Below are positions 23,007 through 33,307 of a stretch of 64,000 bases of DNA, one piece after another (within the stretch, counting starts at the first letter, position 1; every line of letters begins with the position of its first letter). A model generated the notes under the pieces. The model searched no databases. It saw only the letters and a list, made by a program, of their open reading frames with translations, and was not told where the DNA came from. Source of the DNA: Naegleria gruberi (taxonomy: Eukaryota). A program made the translations under genes and the position numbers. The stretch lies in NCBI GenBank assembly GCA_000004985.1, contig GG738906.1; one strand, 5' to 3'.

Positions 23007-24869
23007 ATGTCTTTAGAGCCAAGACCAATCCTCGCAAAAGAGGTTGATTATATGAAGAAAGTTGCTAGTGTTGTTGGGGCTGTGGACAGATCATTAAGTA
23101 AAGCAGGTAATTCGAGTTCAACGACGCTTACTGGAGTAAGGAAGGAATTACATAAACACTTTGATGAGGAAGAACGGAATATAGCCGAACGACAAATGAA
23201 ATCGGCTCAAATCAGTAGAAGATTAAAACAAAGAGAAGCTATTGAAAATGCTTTGGAAAAGAAAGTAGTTAGGCCACAAACTAGTACCTCAAGTTTCAAG
23301 ACTATTGAAAGAGATAATGCTCCGATATATAAGGGAGACAAACATAATCAAACAACACCTGGTCAATATGATGTCAATTATTCTCTAGTTGACAGGAAGG
23401 ATTTTACTTTGAAATGGGTCCCTCCTAAAGTTGAAACAGACATAATAGACGAAAATTACAAATACTATCTGGAAGGAGAGAAACTGTCAACGAATGATGG
23501 AAAGGGAACTACAAATGGTTTCTTATCAAAAACTGGAAGAACCGAAAATAAGGTCAATTTCAAATATGAAAACGAATTTTTAGATACATTGGATAAATAC
23601 AACAAGTTTAAATTTAAGGAAGACAGATCTACAATAGTGTTGGAGAAAGGAGTTGATAGAAACAAAGCCTTAGAACTCTACAAGAACAAGAATGAAGCTC
23701 AAACAGTAGATCTACTATATGAAGTGGTGAATCCAGACACTTACAAACCAAAATTGGCAAATGGAATATTACCATTTGATAGTTATAGCGACAGAAAAAC
23801 AGCTAGAAAGGGATCTAAAATAGGTACAGCTCTCATCCAAACTGACATAGAAAATAATACACAATCCAAGCTTCCAAATTGGAGTGTTCTCCAACATTCA
23901 GAACCAAACGCAATTCAACAATTGTCAATATCAAAAGGCACAGAAAAGCCAATGTATGAGAGAGTGGTGGCATTGGATAAGCAAACAGGAAGAGACAATA
24001 TGCCTGAGTACAAGAAAATGTTGTGGACTCCAATAGCCTACTATAACAAACTCAATGCCTCAGAATACCAAAAGAAACGAGATGCAGAGCAAGAGGTGGA
24101 GAGGTTTAAAAAAGACAAGAAGAATGGAGGAGAGTCACTGAGCCTCAATAGTGAAATGCATGCCTATTCAAAAACACATCACAATATTCCATTCACAACC
24201 TATATGGATAAACAATTATCGAGACCTAAATTTATTGTGAAACCTCAACCATGGAATGATCTCGATTTTTATGATACTAATCAAATCGAAACTTCAAAGA
24301 ATGAGAGAATTAAGAATATTTCGTGTATGCCTCGAAAGAGAAAAGGTGAAGCACAAGAGGAAGCGATTAAAATGGATGACTCCTATAAATTTTATCAAGT
24401 AGATCCAAGGTGGGGAAAACCAACACACGGTTTCGAAAAGGATACTGGTAGAGACAACTGTAAAGCACCAATCATTATGCGTTATACTAAGGAATCAACG
24501 GATGTTTTCTATGATGCTAATCGAAGTCAAGTTGAGGATAGAATTAAGGGTGATCCACAAATTAAGAATCAATTACCAAGAGACCAGAATAGGTCTAAAC
24601 TATTCAAAGCTCAGCATAATTTTCAAATGGAACCAAATCAAAACTATGAAACTGCAAGACCTGGATACAACTTGAAGAAGGGTTTTGTTGAATATAATAG
24701 ATCAAATACCAGCCGAACCGTCACTTCAAGAATAGCTGTAAATAGACCACCCAACCATTTGGCAGATGACGGAAAGAATGAGTATCCTACAGTGGGTACC
24801 TATGAACCAACATTCTCAGTAACAGAAAAAGTTCCAGTAGCTTTCTCATTCTCAAAGAGTGGAATGTAA
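23007..24869 (+). CDS. Hypothetical 620-aa protein, possibly with sperm-tail PG-rich (STPGR/SHIPPO)-like repeats
   Basis: Single long ORF. Candidate repeats: TPGQYDVNYSLVDRK, ARPGYNLKKGFVEYN and PTVGTYEPTFSVTEK. The match to the P-G-x-Y pattern is weak, so function is uncertain. Confidence 0.4.
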   Translation: MSLEPRPILAKEVDYMKKVASVVGAVDRSLSKAGNSSSTTLTGVRKELHKHFDEEERNIAERQMKSAQISRRLKQREAIENALEKKVVRPQTSTSSFKTIERDNAPIYKGDKHNQTTPGQYDVNYSLVDRKDFTLKWVPPKVETDIIDENYKYYLEGEKLSTNDGKGTTNGFLSKTGRTENKVNFKYENEFLDTLDKYNKFKFKEDRSTIVLEKGVDRNKALELYKNKNEAQTVDLLYEVVNPDTYKPKLANGILPFDSYSDRKTARKGSKIGTALIQTDIENNTQSKLPNWSVLQHSEPNAIQQLSISKGTEKPMYERVVALDKQTGRDNMPEYKKMLWTPIAYYNKLNASEYQKKRDAEQEVERFKKDKKNGGESLSLNSEMHAYSKTHHNIPFTTYMDKQLSRPKFIVKPQPWNDLDFYDTNQIETSKNERIKNISCMPRKRKGEAQEEAIKMDDSYKFYQVDPRWGKPTHGFEKDTGRDNCKAPIIMRYTKESTDVFYDANRSQVEDRIKGDPQIKNQLPRDQNRSKLFKAQHNFQMEPNQNYETARPGYNLKKGFVEYNRSNTSRTVTSRIAVNRPPNHLADDGKNEYPTVGTYEPTFSVTEKVPVAFSFSKSGM

Positions 24870-24992
24870 GAAGTGAATTTAGTTTTCGAGTTTTTGTGTA
24901 AATATGTGACATTTACTTTTGAAACATAACAATTCAATCAATAAAATTTTGATAGAATTGAAAATAAATTCTTTTAATTTTATAATTAAAAA

Positions 24993-26438
24993 ATGAGACC
25001 AAAAAGCTATAATCCTCTCGATCCTATCATTCAAACACAACCTGATGCCGGAAGAGAAAATCTTCAATTGAAGGAAATTTTTGTTCGTGGAGTGGAAGCA
25101 ACAAGCGAATCTAAAATTACAGCTGCTTTCCAAGAAGCTAAAAAAGCTACAACTTTGAACGAATTGAACGAAGCTATTAGTATTGGTCTTGAACGTGTTG
25201 GAAAATTGGATGTTTTAAATAATGTTAATGTGATCCTTGATGCTGATGATAGTAAAAATGTTGCTCTTGTTTTGGACTGTAAGGAAAAACAATCAACTCG
25301 TCTTTCTGCTGGTACAACTGTTAATGACAAGGGTCAAGTTAAAGGAGAAATCTCCTTCGGATATAGAAATCTTTTAGGACAAGCTGATAGATGGGATGTT
25401 GATGCTAATATTGATAAGACTGGTTTGACACTTGTAGGACGTACTTTCCTTCCACAAAGCTTTAATAATGATGGTGCTCTCTATGTTAGTGGATTTTTAA
25501 ATGGAGGTAGAGTTTTAACAAATCTCTTACAAGAAAAGTCAAATGGTGTTTCTGTCAGAGCTGAAATTAATGATAGACATTCAATTTCCTATGATTTTGA
25601 AATGAGAAGAAATGAAGATGTTGGTTCCATGTTTAAGAAGGCCTCATCTTCTGGATCTTTCTCTAGATTCTTCTCTAGATTCTATAATGCCAAGACTCAA
25701 GATTCTGAGCCAGTTCTTGATAAGGATGATTCTGTTGTAAAGAGTCAAGTTTGGACTGAAGTTAAGGAACAAAGTGTTAAATCTTCCTTGTCTCATACTT
25801 ATCGTTTTGATACTAGAAACAGCTCATTTGCTCCATCTAGTGGCGCATTTTTCAAATTAGTTCATAGATTAGCAGGATTGGGAGGTGATGTCAAACACTA
25901 CTCTGTTGATATGAATGGTGAAGTGTTTGTTCCTCTCATTTCAGATTCTTTAGTTGCTGCTTTAAAGCTTAATGTTGGTACAATTATACCATTGGACAGA
26001 CAAAATGATACATTCATTTCATTGAATGATAGATTTATCGAAAAGGTACGTGGTTTCCCAGCTGTGGGTACTGTTCATCCACGTTCTGAAGAAGTTTATG
26101 GAGGTAATATTAAGGCTGTAGCCACTGGTAGACTTGTATTCCCATTCCCAGTGTCGTTCATTCATCAATTACTTGGATTACACTGTCAAGCATTTTGTGA
26201 CATTGGCAATGTTTCAAATATTAATGATTACAGTGAAAATGGAGTTCAACAATTTAGAGAAAAATTCTGTAAGGGACTTCATACCAGTTATGGCTTTGGT
26301 CTTGCCATGATGTTAAGCTTTGGTAGAATTGAATTTAATTTTGCTAAGCCATCAACCTTATTCAATGATCAAACAAATCTTCCACCAACTCTTAATAGTT
26401 TCAAACAATTTTCAATTCACTACGTATTTAATGAATAA
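24993..26438 (+). CDS. Omp85/D15-family beta-barrel protein (mitochondrial SAM50/Tob55-like) with an N-terminal POTRA-like region
   Basis: POTRA-like N-terminus (QLKEIFVRGVEATSESKITAAFQEAKK…VGKLDVLNNVNVILD). The C-terminal barrel has alternating-hydrophobic strands (…HTSYGFGLAMMLSFGRIEFNFAKP…QFSIHYVFNE). Family call is by pattern and length (481 aa). Confidence 0.55.
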   Translation: MRPKSYNPLDPIIQTQPDAGRENLQLKEIFVRGVEATSESKITAAFQEAKKATTLNELNEAISIGLERVGKLDVLNNVNVILDADDSKNVALVLDCKEKQSTRLSAGTTVNDKGQVKGEISFGYRNLLGQADRWDVDANIDKTGLTLVGRTFLPQSFNNDGALYVSGFLNGGRVLTNLLQEKSNGVSVRAEINDRHSISYDFEMRRNEDVGSMFKKASSSGSFSRFFSRFYNAKTQDSEPVLDKDDSVVKSQVWTEVKEQSVKSSLSHTYRFDTRNSSFAPSSGAFFKLVHRLAGLGGDVKHYSVDMNGEVFVPLISDSLVAALKLNVGTIIPLDRQNDTFISLNDRFIEKVRGFPAVGTVHPRSEEVYGGNIKAVATGRLVFPFPVSFIHQLLGLHCQAFCDIGNVSNINDYSENGVQQFREKFCKGLHTSYGFGLAMMLSFGRIEFNFAKPSTLFNDQTNLPPTLNSFKQFSIHYVFNE

Positions 26439-26512
26439 TTTTAAAAAAGTAAATGGTTATATTTATTATTGTAAATTTATTCTCTCTATTTTGTTACAAT
26501 ATTTTAAAAAAA

Positions 26513-27728
26513 ATGAAAAGATTTATCATCAAGTTGGGAAAAGAAGGAAATGCATCAACCAAATCCGAAGGAATTTATCTATCACACATTTCCGATTTAC
26601 ACACCTGGCAACCTGAAAAGTTTGAATATCCTATCACAATAGCAAATCTAATGAAAAACAACAAATTAAAAGATTTAAAACAAATTCAAGGATTTTTAAA
26701 TGTAAAATACAATAGAGGGCCAAATTTGTATCAAGTACAGGTGTTACAAGAAACATTGCAAAAGATTTCAACATCAATCGTCACTCAACAAAATCATCAC
26801 TTGCTTGTCAGTGGGGACATTACAAACATTTCTCATTTGGAGGAATTCAAACTGGCAAAAGAAATACTTGTGGACAAATTTAAACAATTAATTGAATTAG
26901 AAAATGAAGAGGATTTATTTAAATATTGTACTCTAGTACCAGGTAAATTATCAAATATTTATAATTTAAAAGCATAATTCAGGAAATCATGATACATACA
27001 CACCATCCAGTGTTTCAGATAATTATTTTGGAAATTTCTTCAAAAATACATTGGGTCAACATTACTATCCCGAGCTATTAGAGAATAATTACTTTTTAAA
27101 ATCAAAAAATTCACAACTCACACAAGAAATGTCAAATCGATTCGTTTCCTCTCTTTATGATTTATTTCCTAATGTAAAGCTTTTACATAACACAGATGGA
27201 ACTAAGGTTTTAATAATTTCCTTATTGTCATGTGTACCAACCAAACCATTTGTTGCAGCTGGAAATATTAAAGAACAAGCACTTGTGAATGCCTCAATTT
27301 TAATCGAGAATATGAAACAGACAATGAAAGAGGAAGGTATTGATGCAGATGCACTCTTCAAGGTTGTACTCATGCATCATCCACCAATTGAACGAGCCAA
27401 AAATTCATTTAGAGAGAAACTGGATGGTCTAGATACGGCATCCAAAAAGAGAGTTCAAGATTTTTGCGAGAGGGAACGAATCGATTTGCTACTTCATGGA
27501 CATACTCATATTCCATTCAGAGGGACCATAGGAGATTCCTATAAGACACTCATAGTTGATAATGGATCTTCCACATATGTCAACATGGAAAAGCCAAACA
27601 AAATGGCCAGATTTAATACCTATCATATTAAGGGTACTCGTCTTCAAACAATAGAACAACATGTTTGGGATCCAATTTCTCAATCATTTAATGAAAGTAC
27701 AATCCTAAATACCTCCTCCGTCAATTAA
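26513..27728 (+). CDS. Calcineurin-like metallophosphoesterase. Exons 26513..26942 and 26983..27728 (intron GTAAAT…AATTCAG)
   Basis: Metallophosphatase motifs SHISDLH, SGDITN, LVPG|GNHD (restored by the splice), VLMHHPP and GHTHIPF. The ORF track alternatively starts at 26453. The stop at 27726..27728 overlaps the serine acetyltransferase CDS on the opposite strand. Confidence 0.7.
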
Positions 27729-29232
27729 ATCAATTTGGCCAGTGCTCTCGAATAAAACTCTGAAACATTCTTCATCATTATCAACGCCAGCAGTAATTTC
27801 TTCTGTATAGGTTTCTTGCTTAGTTTGTTGAGTGGTAGTGGCCTTTTTCTTTTTTCTGAGCTTGTTGAAAGTAGGTTTTGTCTGTTCTTCATCATCACTT
27901 GAATCTATGCCAATTAATTTAAGTTTAGATCTCAAATATTTGAGTTCTTGTTCCAATCTCTTCTCTCTAATGTAAAGAGCACGAATAGCTTGAGCATCAA
28001 TATCATCATATTGATAGACTGTAGAGGAGTTGTTACCTTGCTGTTGTGGTTTTTTAGATAAAGAATTTAAAGCCATTGTAATAATAGAGGAAGGAGAAAG
28101 AACAGACTCATCATTAACACTTTCTGAATTAGGTGGCACAGTTGTATCAACCACCAATTTTTTAGGTTTTTCAGATGATTGGTTATTATTAACAAGTTTC
28201 ACAATATTGTTGTCAATTAGTTTTGTGCCATTATCAGCAATAGCTTCAGAGGAGGCTCCAGTGTTGGTATCAGCATAACCTGCAGTTGAACTCTTCTTAT
28301 CCTTGATGCATCTTGCAGGAATACCAACAAGGGTGCAATCACTTGGGGCATCCTTAACAACTACTGAGCCAGCTCCAATTTTAACATTTGATCCAATAAT
28401 TATATTTCCCAACACTTTTGATCCAGCTCCAACAAGTACATTATCCCCAAGAGTAGGGTGTCGTTTGCCAGTTTCCTTACCAGTACCTCCAAGTGTCACT
28501 AAATACAGAATATTATAGAAATCATGATGAATATCACATACCTCCTTGATAGAGAGTACAATAATTTCCAAGAATTGCTGTTTCTCCAATTACAACTCCA
28601 CAACCATGATCAATGAAAAATCCCTTACCAATTCTTGCACCTGGATGAATTTCAATACCAGTCCAAGATCTTGAAATAATACACATCAATTTGGCTACAA
28701 ATCTAAGAATTTTACAAGCCAAAAGCAGAAAATTACTATTCGAATTTTGAGGGTCAATAATATAGTAGAGTAAATGAGCTATTCTATAAGTGAGTATTGC
28801 CCATAATCCAGGATAGAGTATTAATTCAAGATAATTATCAAATGCAGGATCATTATCAATAATCACAGAAACGTCAGATTTGAGTTGAGACCATATAGGT
28901 TCGGAACAAACACAAACTGATTCAGTATGTTCCTCAATGGTATGTGGTTTTTGTTTTGTTGTACTGAGCTTTGAAAGAGAGTGTAACAATTGTTCTCCTT
29001 CCAAAGCTATAACTGATGGTTTTTCAGTAGGTTGATTAACAATGGGATGACTATTCTTTGAAAACGATTCGTCTTCGGAAGAATTTCCAACAGATCCCAA
29101 CACAACTAAATCAGCATATGAAGCTTTTATCTTGTTTAAAGGAGAAGAAGATGATGAACCCGAATGATGATGGAGATGCTTGGAAGAGGAGTTATCATCA
29201 GGAACAACAACTTTGTTTAGAGTGGTGCTCAT
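27705..29232 (-). CDS. cysE: Serine O-acetyltransferase (CysE-type, hexapeptide left-handed beta-helix) with a long C-terminal extension. Exons 28542..29232 and 27705..28498 (43-nt intron 28499..28541)
   Basis: The joined sequence is …IEIHPGARIGKGFFIDHGCGVVIGETAILGNYCTLYQG|VTLGGTGKETGKRHPTLGDNVLVGAGSKVLGNIIIGSNVKIGAGSVVVKDAPSDCTLVGIPARCI, the canonical SAT signature. It is followed by about 190 aa of N/S/K-rich, coiled-coil-like tail. The N-terminus is S/H-rich. Confidence 0.8.
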
Positions 29233-29762
29233 TGTGAGGTCTTTTTTTTGATTTTAGTGATGGATGCATTAACTCAAAAGGCTATGAATAAACACTTCAT
29301 TTCCATGGAACTTGAGAAGTGATTTTTCATTCCAGATTTTTTAATTTCCGTAAATCAAAACACAAATTTGCATTACAAAAAGCTTTAAAACTGATAATTT
29401 GACTCTAATTCAAAATGGGAATGGGACCAATGTAAGGCAGCATCTATTAGTTTTTCCCAACTCTATTGAGAGAATGCTTGAAATACTATTCTTCAATTCT
29501 TCCCAAAGATGACTACTGATGAGAAGAAAATTTACAATATGGTGCTTTTTAATAATTTCAAAGAACCATTGAGTTGCTAGAATAAGGCTTTTTCTGATTT
29601 ATTAATAAATTCGAGATAAAAAGTTATTGTACATTTTCAAGCGCCAACCATAACGATAAAAAATACCTCGATCCATCATCACTAAGGTTGTTTGAGAAAA
29701 GTTTAGCGCGCTATCAGACAACAGAAACTATTTCATACTACAAATATATATTTTCTAGGACA

Positions 29763-30518
29763 ATGGGATCAGGATTATCAAATAACCGAGCTAAAAACTC
29801 AACAGATGAACCTAAAAATCCACCAAAGAAATCATCCACTGATACAAAAGATACTAAAGCTGTAGAACAAGCAGACCAAGTTAAACGATCATCAACAGAA
29901 CCGACTAAGAATGAAACAAAACCGGAAAAGAAACCAGAAAAAAAGAAAGCATACGTTCCAGAATTTGTTTTCCACTCCGATAAGGGTAAGATTATTTTGA
30001 ACAATTCTTTTTACTAACAGTTGTATTAGATCTTTTATATGGTGATGTAGCTCTTCCATGGCAGGAATCTTACGCACTTGGATTTCATATAATAGACGAA
30101 CAACATAAAATGCTTGTAAAATTGATTAATGAACTTGCTGAGGCAGTTAGAGATGGGCATATGAGATATGAAATTGGGAGTGTGTTTGACAACTTGGTTG
30201 AGTACACTGACTTCCACTTTAAGAAGGAAGAAGAATTGATGGTAAAATATCAATACACAGAAGATGAAGAAGCTGCTCACAAGGAAAAGCATGAACTTTT
30301 TATTAAAAAAGTCTTTGACCTTAGAACAGATTTCATTAACATGACAGTGAACAATATTGGCCAAGGTATGTATTCTTGAATCAAATATTTATGGAGCAAT
30401 TTAATTCCACTTGTTAGATCTTCTTGATTTCTTAACAGATTGGTTATTGACACACATTTGTCAAACTGACAAGAAGTTATGCGATTTCCTTATTAAAAGG
30501 AATATTGTTGAAGAGTAA
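29763..30518 (+). CDS. Hemerythrin-like (HHE cation-binding) protein with a predicted N-myristoylation site. Exons 29763..29985, 30030..30365, 30418..30518
   Basis: The product starts MGSGLSNNRAK… (M-G-x-x-x-S). The hemerythrin core across the splices is …LPWQESYALGFHIIDEQHKMLVKLINELAEAV…EYTDFHFKKEEELM…EDEEAAHKEKHELFIKK…|DLLDFLTDWLLTHICQTDKKLCDFLIKRN. Introns are GTAAGA…TATTAG and GTATGT…TTGTTAG, both phase 1. Confidence 0.75.
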
Positions 30519-30668
30519 ATTGATAATAATATTATGTAAATAAACATTACTATTTCATTTAAATTTTTAAATGAAATTAATTTTTCAGATGTGGTTTGCC
30601 ATACTCTGTCACAGACGGGCCATGATTCTTTGTGTGCTTCATATCGATTAATAGTTATTAGAAAAAAA

Positions 30669-31747
30669 ATGTCTGCAAGTACTCTTATGGAAAGTAGCTT
30701 CTTCAGCTCTGCAAAGTATCCCATGAAACCATATTCAAACGATACCATTACCCAAATTTTCGGATCAGTTGCCTTTCATACAGTTCTTTTCTTTGTATTC
30801 TATGCGTTATCTAGTGTAATCTTTTCAACATTTAAAACACTTGATTTTTCCAAAAAGATGGATTGGGTTTCTAGATTGGTCTCCAATTTTCATGCCATTG
30901 TATCATTTTGTGGTGCTTTGTATGCCATTCTTACCTATCCATGTTATTTGACTTGGAATTTTTCTTGTTATGATAATGGAATTGGAGAACTCACAATGAG
31001 ATACACTATTGGTTATTTCTGTAGGTATTTCATATTATTATTGTTCATCATCGGGATTCAATCTGATTGAATGTATTTTTAAATAATTATTATTTAAACA
31101 ATGAATTATTTAACAATGATAGGTTATGATCTATTATTGATTCTTGCCTTCTATAAAAAGCTTGGTAGTATTGGCATGGTGCTTCATCATGTTTTTGGAA
31201 TTCTAGGTATGTATTGTGGAATATTTATATTGGACCAACAACAATACAAGGTTGGGGTTTGATTCTTTCCTATGGTAGTTTTAGTTTTGTTGCTTTGATG
31301 TTTACTTTGACTGAAGCTACAACTCCATTCGTCAAGTAAGTTGTTAATCCCAAATTAAACATTTAATGTACATTCGAACAGTCAAAGATGGTTCTTGTAC
31401 GAATGTAAAATGAAGGAAACTTCTTTGTATGCAGCATTTGGTTTCTTACTTTGGTTGGCTTGGTCAATTGTGAGAGTTCCACTTGTACCTCTTTGCGGTT
31501 ATTACTTGTACTTGAATTATGAAGGTGAGTAGTTCTCATTCAATGATCGGGAAGTTTTTTTAATAATACGAAATTTTCCTTTCCATAAGAATTTAAACTG
31601 GTTCCTCCAGCAGTAGTTGTTGTTTGCATTTTCAATTATCTTTTGATTAGTTGTTTGAATTCCTACTGGTATTATTTAATTTCCAAAGGTTTGATTTCAG
31701 TATTGTTTGGATCAAACAAGAAAAAGGATATTAAAAAGAATGATTAA
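30669..31747 (+). CDS. TLC-domain (TRAM/LAG1/CLN8; TMEM56/TLCD4-like) multipass membrane protein. Exons 30669..31020, 31123..31206, 31251..31335, 31382..31524, 31590..31747
   Basis: Hydrophobic segments throughout. The conserved TLC His-His motif GMVLHHVFGILG sits in exon 2. Frames are consistent across four short introns (GTAGGT, GTATGT, GTAAGT, GTGAGT donors). Confidence 0.65.
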
Positions 31748-31792
31748 TGATGAGGAATAAATTTTAATATAATTATTATGTACATGTATGAA

Positions 31793-32732
31793 TTAATGAT
31801 GAGCACTATGGGTACTATGGAAATACAAGAAGAGCATTCCGAGAGGGGAATCTGGATCGTCAACAGCTTGAACAAATTCGTCAAATTCTATAGTACCATT
31901 TTGATCTAGATCTGTTGAAGTAAATGTTCTACTGAGATAATCCTCCAAGGTCTTCCATCTTTGAGAGGTTAATTTGTAGCCATTCATCTTTGCTTGACCA
32001 ACTTTTTGGGTTAGAATTTAAATAAATACAACAAACATACCGAAAAACTTTCTAAAGAAATCGATCATTTCTTCTTGTTGGACAGATCCGTCACCATTTA
32101 CATCAATTAAACCGAATACAACTGAAAAAAAGTCAAATGCTTAATAATCGTTTTTTCATAAAAACACTTACATCTTAAAATATCTTTTTCTTCTCCATAC
32201 AATAATGTACTCAAACCTGTTGCAAGCTCTACAAAGTCAATAGCTCCATTTCCGTCAAGATCAAAAGCTTCATAAATTCTATGGAAAGCAGGCATTGAGT
32301 TTTGAATATCAAATTTTTGGGAGAGAGTATTCTTAATAACATCAAAGAAGTTGTCCTTCTCCAACAAACCTTCTTCGTTACTTGCGTTTCTGAATTCTTC
32401 CAATAGAATTTTTAACTCGATTTCTCCCACTAATTAGTTCATGTCTTGTAGATAACATACTTTGAAAACTTACTTTTGAGACTTTTTGTGAGGTCCTTGG
32501 TTAAACTAGTTGTAGAAGCGGAACAAGTTGAACCACATTCGCTCATTGTATCTCCAGAGTCATCTAATGTATTTGTAGCTTGGAGTGTTGAAAGTTTAGG
32601 TTTGGCTCTTCTTTTACTATTCATAAGATCGGCCAACAACATCTCTGAGGAGATTTCCTCACCTGGTGCTCTCTGAGGTACTTCATGTACCGATGATGCG
32701 CGAGAGGAACGAGAAGCATTGGATCTTGGCAT
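31793..32732 (-). CDS. EF-hand calcium-binding protein (calcineurin-B/NCS-like). Exons 32474..32732, 32172..32429, 32041..32121, 31793..31992
   Basis: EF loops DLDGNGAIDFVE, DVNGDGSVQQEE and DLDQNGTIEFDE. All introns are GTAAGT/GTATGT…AG with consistent phases. The S/T-rich N-terminal exon carries no Gly2. Confidence 0.7.
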
Positions 32733-32967
32733 TTTTTAATGTAGTTTTCTGGAGATGGTGTAAGCGCCAATTCTTTGACTTCTTCCCCAATCATTTGTGA
32801 GAGACATTTGTTATTTTCCATCACCACAAGTTAATTGTATTCTTTTAATACACTTCCAACAAGACTTTCCAAACAACAACACCTTTCATTATTAGAGAGG
32901 GGTTATGATTGTTCTTCTTCTTCTTTCTTTTGTCTAAGGTCATCAAAACTACAACAATAACATTTTT

Positions 32968-32976
32968 GGGCGGGCA
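32968..32976. promoter_or_regulatory. GC-box-like element TTTGGGCGGGCA in the divergent intergenic region between the EF-hand gene (-) and the PAK gene (+)
   Basis: Same 9-mer as at 17909. It lies 236 bp upstream of the EF-hand start and 332 bp upstream of the PAK start. Confidence 0.3.
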
Positions 32977-33307
32977 ATAGGTGATTTATCACATGTTCCT
33001 TAATCAATTTAATATTTACAAACTGAAAACACAAAAATGAAACGAAATAAAAATTTTAAATATCAATATATCTAGATTATTCAAGAGGAGAAAACTCTCA
33101 CAAAATGAGTACATCTTTTATTTCATCAAGTTTTAAAAAGGTCCATAATTCTTCTAGCACTGCAACTCTATTGAGGCTCAAAGTAATTGGAAGGAAAGTT
33201 TGCTAAAGGAACAATCAATTAATTAATGGATGTCTACCTAAACAAGAAGAAAACAAATCTCAAGTCATTGTCTATTATTGTTTTAAACGGATAACTCATA
33301 AAAAAAA

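Noticed and set aside
29738-30748. Minus-strand ORFs 29738..30004, 29892..30077, 30035..30364 and 30461..30748
   Set aside because: They are antisense to the hemerythrin exons and introns and to the TLC gene's 5' region. They are hydrophobic, low-complexity translations of AT-rich DNA.
32476-32827. ORFs 32476..32676 (+) and 32621..32827 (-) around the EF-hand gene start
   Set aside because: 32621..32827 reads the EF-hand gene's 5' flank and first exon in the wrong frame. The frame with MPRSNAS… splices correctly to the EF-hand exons. 32476..32676 is antisense to that exon.
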